In this document: positions 61,201-64,000 of the stretch, piece by piece
How positions within the stretch are numbered: the first letter of the stretch is position 1
Layout: every line of letters starts with the position of its first letter
Assembly: GCA_965219575.1 (NCBI GenBank)
Contig: OZ244779.1
Location: 1,644,769 to 1,708,768, forward strand
Length of the DNA: 64,000 bases
Direction of reading: 5' to 3'
DNA from: Candidatus Oxydemutatoraceae bacterium
GTDB lineage: Bacteria > Pseudomonadota > Gammaproteobacteria > Poriferisulfidales > Oxydemutatoraceae
Position numbers and translations under genes: made by a program
The notes under the pieces: model-generated
What the model was told of the DNA's origin: nothing
Database searches by the model: none
Seen by the model: the letters and a program-made list of their open reading frames with translations, nothing else

Positions 61201-64000
61201 TAGCAACTCGCCGCACACCGGCAACCGCGACGAGGTATCCGACGCGACACGACAGGTCGGCGCACGATCGATGAAAAGTGTATCGGTGGCAGTCGTGTAT
61301 TTGAGCCTCGGGTATTGCATATTATTGCCCAAATCCCATATCTCGGTATTCCAGTTCGTATAAATCGCGGTTGTCGCGGATTGCAGTTCCACGGTGGTTT
61401 GGCTGGTGCCGTCGCGCCCGTTGACAACACCGCTGGTATTTACATCCCAGTAGCTGTCGTTGACTGCAACCGGCACATTGGCGGCATTGAACACCAAACC
61501 GCTACTCCGAGCGGAGCGATTCGCACCGATGGCATAACTGTTGTCAATCCTTACGCCGGTGCCTAGCGAACCGACCAACCCCCCGCCTTCGCTCGCATCG
61601 ATCGTTGCGGTCGCATAACTATTCGAAATCGTTGCGTTCTCAACCGCACCGACCAAGCCGCCGCCGGACCCGGAACGCGCAGATACCGTACCGGACGCAC
61701 GACTCTTGTCGATCGCACCGCGCAATACTCTACCGATTAAACCACCGCCGATGGCATTGACTTGAACCGAAACACCGGCACCGCTGTTGACGATGTTACC
61801 GCGATAAACGCCGATTAAACCGCCGCCGTTGTTGTCGGCACGCACCGTGCCGGTCGCACGGCTATTGATGATGTCGCTGTTGTTTCGGTCTTCGCCGACC
61901 AAGATGCCGACATCGTTGTCACCGATAACCTCGGCAGCCGACACATTGATGCCGCGAATCGTCGCCGTGGAAATCGCACCGAACAAACCGACATCGTCGG
62001 TAGTATGGCGACGGATCATCAAACCCGATATCGTATGGCCGTCGGCAATAAACTGTGCGGTGAACGGGGCATCGGCATCGCCGATCGGCTGCCAACCCTT
62101 GCCTTCGGTCCACAGCGGCATCGAACGCTGTGCATCGACATAGCTGTTATCGTCGTTGAAGTCTAAATCTCTGACCAGTTCGTAGCCGAAACAACCGCTG
62201 TCGGGGCAACCACTGTCTATCTCGATCGTAGTCGTCGTTGTCTCTGATTGATAACTAAAACCGCGCCCGTCCAAGCCGTGTCGTATCGTGTCCAACTGCT
62301 CCAGAAACGCAATTTCTATCAACCCGTCGCCGTCGGTATCGAGGGTCAAGTCGCGGTCGGCATCGGCAACGATGTTGTTGTCGTCATCCACGGTGAGAAT
62401 ACCACGATAGCTTGCAAAAGGCAGACGTTCTACAGCGATGCGATATTCAAATCGGTAGCGGTGCCCGCCATTCACCGCCACCGTGATTTCGCTTGCACCG
62501 TCGTTGAGCAACACTTCGGCAATACCGCGGTCTTGCAATGTTATCGGCTGCAAACCGTTATCGGCGGTGATTACAATATCGACGACGGCACCCGGCAACG
62601 GATCGCGCACCGCCGTATTCAAGCGCACTCGCTCGGTGTCGGAATACACGATCAACCGATAGTCGCTTCTGTCTCTTGCAAAGTTCGGCGACAACCGCGA
62701 ACCGTCCAGTGCCGAAAGCCGTATGTCTATGTTGTCTTGATAATCGGTCGACCTGAAGCGGATCGTGTAGCTACGGGTCGTGGCATCGGTTGCCGAGCGC
62801 ACCGCCAAGCGCACCGCATCGGTGTCGGTTCTGTTTAGGTCGATCTCGGCACTGCGGGTGTTATCGGCAATGATTTGTTCGCTGTCTCCGGCTATCAGGG
62901 TGACGGTGTCGGTGCGATAATAGGCGGTCGGTGTGGTATGGAATACGGTGACTGCCTCGTCGGTCATCAAGTTGTACGACTCTACTTCGGGACTGAACTC
63001 CGGCACCAGCATTGCGCCGGCGGGTAATTCCAGTGCAATCAAGCCACGGCGGTCTTGATACGGCACCAAGGTACCGCAATACGGTGCGTCCGCTCTATCT
63101 CTAAGTAAACGGTCGCGACAGACAACCGCACGGTCGGCTTCCGACAACCCCGGTGAAACCAGCATAGCGCAGCTTTGCAGTTGCTCCGCAGTTGGCTGTG
63201 TGCACAAACCGGCACTCCCGTCTTGATATAGTGCCGCAGGGTATTGGTCGGCATTGCCGAAATGCCAAAGTGCCGAATCCCAACGATAGTAGACGGTATC
63301 GGTGCTATTATTCTGTGCAACGCCGGATTGCAGTGCTACCGTCGTTTTGCTCGTACCACCGGCAGCGGTCGCTCCGGGTGCGGCGGTATCCCGATCCCAG
63401 TAACTGTCTAGAATTTGAGGGCTACCCGATGCGGTGCGCACCAAAGGCCCGCCGGTTGCATAGCTATTATTAACGGCACCTTCGTTTGTATCGATTAAAC
63501 CGGCAATAGCCCCGGTGTTGTCGGAAATGATAGGCTGCGCATAACTATTTTCTATATTGCCGGAAATATTATTTTCTAACGACAAACCCGCCGCAGCAGT
63601 ATTCGAACCTCTACTTCTAATAGCGATCGTTGCAAAACTACCGAGAATAGCACCGTCGTTGGTATGTACCAAACCTGCAGCAGCACCTTGATTATCTATC
63701 GTGCCGCCGACCGCACCGCTGTTGATAATGCGACCGAGATTTTGATAAACCAAAGCACCGACACTCCCGTTCTGCAAAAGGATAGCGGCATTTTCGACGC
63801 GACTATTGAAAATAGTGCCGTAGTTGTATACTGCCAAAGCGGCGATTGCACCGGTCGCTCTACTACTACGGATAGAGACATCTTTGAGGTGGATATCTTC
63901 CAGCCTTGCATTCTCACCCAAATAAGCAAACATGCCTATCCCGTCAAAAGCGGGGTCGTGTAAGGTCAGGTTGGATATCACATAGCCGTTGCCTTTGAAA
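43273..64000 (-). CDS. Giant repetitive surface protein / putative adhesin (gene A), 5'-partial: 6 GLUG modules plus ~26 cadherin-like domains visible; ends IRIRAKVFLEGPLQ
   Basis: 6902-aa ORF in the track. Its apparent start (GTG 63981) is internal: the frame stays open to the edge (FKGNGYVISNL), in the middle of a module. Confidence 0.96.
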   Translation of the reverse strand, partial: FKGNGYVISNLTLHDPAFDGIGMFAYLGENARLEDIHLKDVSIRSSRATGAIAALAVYNYGTIFNSRVENAAILLQNGSVGALVYQNLGRIINSGAVGGTIDNQGAAAGLVHTNDGAILGSFATIAIRSRGSNTAAAGLSLENNISGNIENSYAQPIISDNTGAIAGLIDTNEGAVNNSYATGGPLVRTASGSPQILDSYWDRDTAAPGATAAGGTSKTTVALQSGVAQNNSTDTVYYRWDSALWHFGNADQYPAALYQDGSAGLCTQPTAEQLQSCAMLVSPGLSEADRAVVCRDRLLRDRADAPYCGTLVPYQDRRGLIALELPAGAMLVPEFSPEVESYNLMTDEAVTVFHTTPTAYYRTDTVTLIAGDSEQIIADNTRSAEIDLNRTDTDAVRLAVRSATDATTRSYTIRFRSTDYQDNIDIRLSALDGSRLSPNFARDRSDYRLIVYSDTERVRLNTAVRDPLPGAVVDIVITADNGLQPITLQDRGIAEVLLNDGASEITVAVNGGHRYRFEYRIAVERLPFASYRGILTVDDDNNIVADADRDLTLDTDGDGLIEIAFLEQLDTIRHGLDGRGFSYQSETTTTTIEIDSGCPDSGCFGYELVRDLDFNDDNSYVDAQRSMPLWTEGKGWQPIGDADAPFTAQFIADGHTISGLMIRRHTTDDVGLFGAISTATIRGINVSAAEVIGDNDVGILVGEDRNNSDIINSRATGTVRADNNGGGLIGVYRGNIVNSGAGVSVQVNAIGGGLIGRVLRGAIDKSRASGTVSARSGSGGGLVGAVENATISNSYATATIDASEGGGLVGSLGTGVRIDNSYAIGANRSARSSGLVFNAANVPVAVNDSYWDVNTSGVVNGRDGTSQTTVELQSATTAIYTNWNTEIWDLGNNMQYPRLKYTTATDTLFIDRAPTCRVASDTSSRLPVCGELLRGQYIGLTDLTFSSEVLELIPSFNPQIYNYSLVLKADETGFQLTPTYVGAAYGLSVDGGIAEVVRSGSASLRIPVAASGSTGINLGNGDLVYTFTALRHPYLRVDDLDVDDDGLIEIYNRTELDAVRYQPDGSGYRSSAADQRITVGCAPTTGCIGYELAASIELSAADWESIGTLDCDNSENGCFTGIFEGNRSSGYTISGLRIAAPNTDNVGLFAHLHADAEIRNLVLSGVSVTGRDGVGGLAGNSNGRVDNVSLSGEVGGESEVGGMVGRNLGGSIVASGALGEVTGRAFVGGLVGENDGLVDRSFAEVMVVGSGSDDSESYHVGGLVGYNTDKVYNGYAIGSVSGENNVGGLVGANGIGSDSNGRIVNSYASGAVSGIGAVGGLVGRNEVGAAVLTSYALGEVSGSNRVGGLAGLNNGTVSDTYASGGVSAQSRVGGLVGVNNNVGERGIVNSYAIGRVSDVPRSGGLIGDSLGGVSNSYWNIETAGVADNGIGSSQTTVALQAGVAQNNSTDTAYYRWDTNLWDFGSTEHYPQLRYGRGDDGDNPACGGSGQPICGSVRSYGLSDLQVLGSIMQLSPQFATPRLRYRIGAYIGVTGSLRLIPNAASDDAMITIAYGGDEFGVVDGAVSTPIVPDPGVGDAIIVSVESAGATVEYILEIDYFGFDDDRVLADADDDGLIEITTVDDLYAIRYSLDGSTYTYTLPDGGLLPIVEGCPTTPTVGCFGYELTRDLDFGDAASYRSGVVNTEWADNWDPIGDNDNSFDAVFDGSGYHIRNLSLRGTETKDAIGLFHTLGRNAEVKALRLRNVGIYDVIGRDLNSRRAERQGSLAGENRGRIYDIGVSDVTALVGSNYSRRALKQSRFGGLVGVNSGGEISHSFAQVYVHSFSPDGDALGDIVGGLVGRNERGAKIKNSYTTGAISGHCRLGGLVGEHISANRDSAENISTIENSYAQVDMNKILDLECIDQDFEIAGFVQGFGGLVGFMEQADIVNSYAAARQSGGVLGLIGGTTGTVSVINSYWDNILNDQQSASTTIGETTAFGGQTTAVLQGTTPTMGIYANWSSDDWDFGTNRQYPTLKAADGRIAMQVLDSSLVGIVEVANAAIARINGITGGFRYSGNSNRYRLYVDATRLPLPITFITTSTVAGLETMLYCDDALCPLVGSDDTLILDNSNTQEITLVASAGNRVSRYYFDIVRDNLRLDNIAAIDIDEGATFTIGGDYAGSSDLSWSQISGTPVNIADADSLNLVLAPQVDLLPANVDHGDFEFELSVSITPDNGVRQVYLSREIAVRINKVNNGRVTGNPVLSVNTNRRITVTENLNDIDGTVSNLSRQFQRRFPGDAWRNVDLSPGDTVDGGYQYRFIGLYSDGQGYTSEPIVSNSVTVGLSVAMDNADIDGDSIANADDIDDDGDGLIEIRHLEDLNAVRYQLDGSGYRASADGELITRGCPITGCIGYELTGNLNFTTSGDYRSGEVNDAWTVDENEFVSTADGWQPIGGVFNATFNGNGYSIARLAISRSSAGSKANVGLFSEIGANGKIENLVLDSPAIKGLAGIKNVGGITGLLRRGGVIRNSDVRGTVTRILSLMFHIIQTDRGSAGGLVGVNEGYIVGSSARINVGVQDSDGDISNNGNVTVGGLVGRNRRGGRIHNSYYAAGEVFGTCIVGGLVGSQLSDAERADGISEIKNSYVYVDSQVRTPQPSPIAVSCAVPYFGGLVGRHIDGRSIVANSYANGSFSSANFALPLTNTDLGSRPVNVPVCTPANLEGTYNGNTFDVNVAGLLNRGTPSRAPTNSYWRREPYRCVVTVSGNTYVTHVVSVPDINNRRSNNTLTNPSVPNTPQTCLSGEDGRTVASRNRTRSCITYRGWNTDAWDFGTDMQYPLLRYTEGADRDDPACDFDDDTSLPMCGALLRGQSATRVAVSPRSAPPVSGEPPQLVITYARNDAASVALAAQSTITVNEGDTLILDAAQSRAAGNAALDYRWRQTGGPELLPTPQNIERTLRVPVRNDLLAAEAVSGQAVIRLEVVKRNNPDAFASRDIIINVVKTNRDGEMAALRWVDGPFGVANANYIFASEINDADGGPFTDISYQWEIDGSPTGVDSAYYRVGNIFASYRLTTTYTDNQGYSNTIVSVINGRLAFDDRIVDHDRDGLIDIFFIEQLDLIRNQPDGTRLLDPDNSALSFRGCPGDVCRGYELVRDLDFDDASSYRSFNVPDTYNNWDPIGTVVNRQNQIGDCSHATSNCFTAIFEGNGYTISNLRINQPVSFAGTSQAGQVNLGLFAAASGNAEIRGVRLADVDIAGSNNVGALVGSFSGRSITDSHVLSGRVSTYYDGGCLIGRANGTNIQISDSSANCTLTGTNVLGGLVSFSNATIGNSRTSGAINLNINITGQRDIIANGGLVGVLESGGRIENGASSATVVRKGGSSITVTQGTGIGGLVGIGLSNTMIMNSYATGNVTNDSGQGYNGGLVGRSSGNIRDSYATGDVRGEGSRAGGLVGDSGGRISNSYAAGDVDGSTFIGGLVGHAANATISNSYAIGDVNGDNTVGGLIGNVNNTAIDNSHSTGRVSADDIVGGLIGRLIDDDAINRPDSKVIANNYTFAAVTARGGDSDFNQVGGFLGYFEVGRSTIVRDSYAAGSVVGAARKGGFIGIYRASGQIIDNYSIARVSGNPTNDRGFIRLDFGPNLIGNYWDIERSGQSAGSRFGSLRGFNSEVLKSSRSSNAHPYRNWSTERWDFGTIEQYPVLKYNDGSCAGGTPSVNCGAVLPRQRLGLQDLQIGQIGALAQPELSSMPRVATFKDDFNRAAVDEITVSVRDRSAEIRIVADAYNPAGIIKINDAPPSIGSASYSLSGDVTTATRVRIVISEPYEIGGKENLDVEYRISFNTFPEASAIAVRAAMDERGEPLSTSVPIREGHFITLSSELSDADGGNLRYRWTADETQVRLLDRTMLAGRVSGGSGRATLSFYLRDDFIAADQSAETVNVALAVDDGVGETVIQARSFSVAKYDNGTIDGITTPTQVGFTYTAPTLDRDKLAEDPDGAGDPRAVAYRWQQRSGGNWTDINNANGIGYTVVGEVADHYRVVVSYTDGQGYSRTIASPPQRASTGLVLRETLVADTEGFIFVELAADDLSPDFDFEVRNYRVPTEVEHLGVTAIGGAISVNGVPLADEIATTLDLEYGDNEITIVSQGEDDTSTRTYTVFRGYDVAIRGWRVEWQGEDGTEIRDLGADLRMRPDIPNAISTITVIASVNELVDIVIASDGNTVGEITTSTQAGLLVAQATIGGLALGENGIAFTVTAPGGSFADPEVAMYSVNVWRRYNTRLRSLRLAGTDFGREFDPEVPRYFATIANERGSETIEFERKEGTTVLVNDVEVDGNRVDSSPLNIGNNTITLRVQAPRETDTVYTLVVVREYSLDLQDLVLTYAPATTVTLVPTFASTQHIYTAVVPTETSQVRVTFATDLQVVSELRADIAPTTTDTRVLADRIEKIVSVPLNYDDNTMVIATSALGTQQATTLTITRLRSTDAELQDLQVLNDDDINVLSVFNPTTQNYTVEVANDQRTVSLRVTPQDTKITAILWNGIPLSLSGLETGSVTRDRPESEPLFVIGENEIELKIIAHDGVTSQTYKLTVDRLSSKNARLRSILYTLSSTSEERPSRSLGVSDFMSDTLEYTLPTVESAIDCILVQALQDDQYGEATVEISKVAGAESDSPIECLDTSLRLGVGRNTIEVKVTASDGETINRYRLNISRALSSDTRLSGAPIIIIPGVGETTATAVSGSDSEYTAVIDRSVTSFSVSATAAHSSATVTISINGGADAIGGRTATKTNIPIGVPMGLNDIAVAQREITITVTAQNGMTEDYKLTARIILGSNANLASLRVSPGADSLIPQGDPPMYSTTVAESVMNATVTAVAGDQLATVTISENNTRLVSARQQGMVDITLAETGDRRDLLIRVIAENGEVFKDHTLTVTRAQSTNDCLDAIAILDADDSRSLVNEDIGCNETRPSFNIANSVAQVLIRPTAENSQAVIDVHAPGDADGERVQSGADSTIPISIDEGGSAQVRIEVTAQNGATSETYTVTINRAESSDADLRDLRLLDANDANLLPGFDPTSRTQVYSFAVPNATTGTRVIAEAHPRARIEVVIDGKEEVATGTIDRAFDLTVPEIEKLIRITVSSQDDSTTRGYTVAVTRAEADRSNANLASIALSLDNNMRRLLTLTSPDEEGERTYSARIMGIAGLEVQDIMRIVVSPRAEDGEATVSIDGGTPESMPDKLITLRADLDTPERTIAIKVIAENQTTSATYSLRIIRVSSADASLASVIVGGDTITVGRDGIYRRSLDENTSNTTVTVTTTHSQATVAITLDGETNSARNMLGRQVTIADTGTSQTLIIVVTAQDSETIERYTLELSRDPSSDASLADITVVDASVVDNGDGTYNATLNQATTSSIVTVTAGDEFATVVITDASNTEVGRAVGVAQARITLDDPGDRMVLRITITAQSGSEDDRADYTLTVDRAPSTDARLSALELLPQSSFEVASLVIFDSVRNGGRYSASFSDSVTGVRVRPTAQPYVDKVEVFAPGRDRGEVIAESGQSSLIAVTEDRTTTITIVVTAQDRRTTQDYIVLITLRNTEAELNDIVLSPGRLNPNFAGNVEDYEIEDLSGNNFVLGVNIQRGQQIEVRQRNRDIDNPGGRLFTPNPTNTYDITRAYGENTIEIVVTAEAGETTRRYTVTDIRPVILEDLRLTGLRTDDPYRFGSSTRSYTVTIANENKRLVVRPVLSGIDQSNNVVYTIRDENTEIAAEDLESGAASIALVAGEPKVITVIVEAENGVTNSYTVRATREISRNADLSALDIVPNRGAPTGFENLAMRDSYEYRISNPIVGDKITSVSLQAQAAHPDATLSLTIGEDTPPRVMGVNRINENISLAEGETKRARIVVTAQQRSVQKTYTVTIVRAPSRDTRLSTLAVSSGQLMPQFDFDPSTATQEVRKYSVELPNDTEDVELSATAANANATLVIRDGMRNSGRAMQSASLTVPVNRGMSKDITISATAQDRTITTYTVVISRAASVTRSALGFMLRMSDVELDPEGDSETEYRGELISTATETVASAAATAAGVSIRSILLGGTDYILNDNPVDLSANAASAPISKAIPLQRGANRITLVLRRTDSTEDGYTEATYTATVIRPLILQTLGLDGLSDDDPYRFDAFTRNYTVTVARDSDNLVVSPVLLDRDNGIVEYTIFDADEEVTQAANGSATIPFNVNETKDITVALVAPGATTSNYVVRATREASDNANLQTLNILPASGAGPLIEFDNLATSANYVYTIPNPIVGDKIRNIRVQAEREHPNAEIMSFMINMQSANIDDPFSLNEGQTRVARIVVLAEDRQTTKAYTVTIDREQNQDTRLRTLGVSPGSLAPTFVFNERSASQRTDYTVELPNDIAGTTLTATVNAANAKLSIRDGEGNLISLGPSLRVEVDPGARKSVTVDVTAQSGSTQTYTVTLYRDSPVDRAALGFMLQMSGITLTEDPEDDSGTEYIGTLSGGDIVATTATASVDIDGVRIRSIRIGSNSFNYTLNRDTVSLNANATVSISLAIPLARGENRITLVVRRTDSTLDGFTEATYTVNIFRPLTLQSLDLTGLSSDDPYNFDASVRSYEVAVASEGGNLVVSPVLPDGESNTTYTISVDRRLQNLTDGSATIPFPVERTRETREIVVALSAPGVTTSNYVVRATREVSNNANLQTLNILPASGAGPLIEFDNLATSANYVYTIPNPIVGDKIRNIRVQAEREHPIAEIMSFMINMQSANIDDPFSLNEGQTRVARIVVLAEDRQTTKAYTVTIDREQNQDTRLSMLSTSQGVVPEFIFDETSESQRINYTVELPNDIAGTTLTATVNAENTVLVIRDGTIDSGRAMQSASLRVSIDPGMSRDITIEVTAQSGDSRPYTVTLSRVSATDAIRIRAKVFLEGPLQ
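43330..51840 (-). repeat. About 26 tandem cadherin-like beta-sandwich domains of gene A; the last ~11 form a 4-domain higher-order repeat (~1.33 kb)
   Basis: Domain starts counted in the translation (e.g. DAELQDL, NARLRSI, NANLASL, DADLRDL, DASLASV). The order xLxxLxLxGL..DDPY / NAxL / DTRL / ALGFML recurs 2.75 times. Confidence 0.75.
43640..45314. repeat. 340-bp near-exact internal duplication in gene A (43640-43979 = 44975-45314)
   Basis: ctcgtatcttgattttgctcgcgg...gtttgcaagttggcattat appears twice, 1335 bp apart. Only one difference noticed (HPIA vs HPNA). Confidence 0.95.
44685..64000. repeat. Long diverged direct repeat, copy 2 (paralogous to 1-19292)
   Basis: Colinear with copy 1 throughout. 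Confidence 0.97.

Noticed and set aside
1119-63963. About 200 short ORFs on the + strand and in alternative - frames
   Set aside because: They overlap the two giant genes, are duplicated at the paralog offset and have shadow-frame composition (e.g. ADQTAD is the antisense of GGLVG codons). They are not independent genes.
63979-63981. GTG start of the 6902-aa ORF
   Set aside because: It is an internal Val. The frame is open to the window edge in the middle of a module.

Overview
About 96% of this window is two tandem, paralogous giant secreted-protein genes on the minus strand. Gene A (43273 to beyond 64000, >6900 aa, 5' end outside the window) is in the ORF track. Gene B (start at 41080/41071, running off the window at position 1, >=13,690 codons) is missing from the track because it has no stop codon in the window. 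Gene B begins with a Sec-type signal peptide, followed by about 19 roughly 500-aa modules (DxDxDG-type or short head, GGLVG/GLUG beta-helix, SYW...WDFG...YP.LKY cap, mostly followed by a beta-sandwich) and then a long stalk of cadherin-like beta-sandwich repeats. B 1-19292 aligns with A 44685-64000. The alignment is a patchwork of near-identical tracts, hypervariable loops, single-coil indels and apparent intragenic conversions. Gene A ends in a short amphipathic strand, IRIRAKVFLEGPLQ, and shows no autotransporter barrel, RTX repeats or other recognisable secretion/anchor signal. The 2.2-kb spacer holds an AT-rich membrane-anchored coiled-coil gene with its own sigma70-type promoter. That gene sits in a mosaic of MITE-like elements (GGCTGTTGAAAA termini), five GTAG-type REP hairpins and a 275-bp tandem repeat. 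No RNA genes, CRISPR arrays, transposases or reverse transcriptases were seen. Domain names come from motif recognition by eye, not from database searches.
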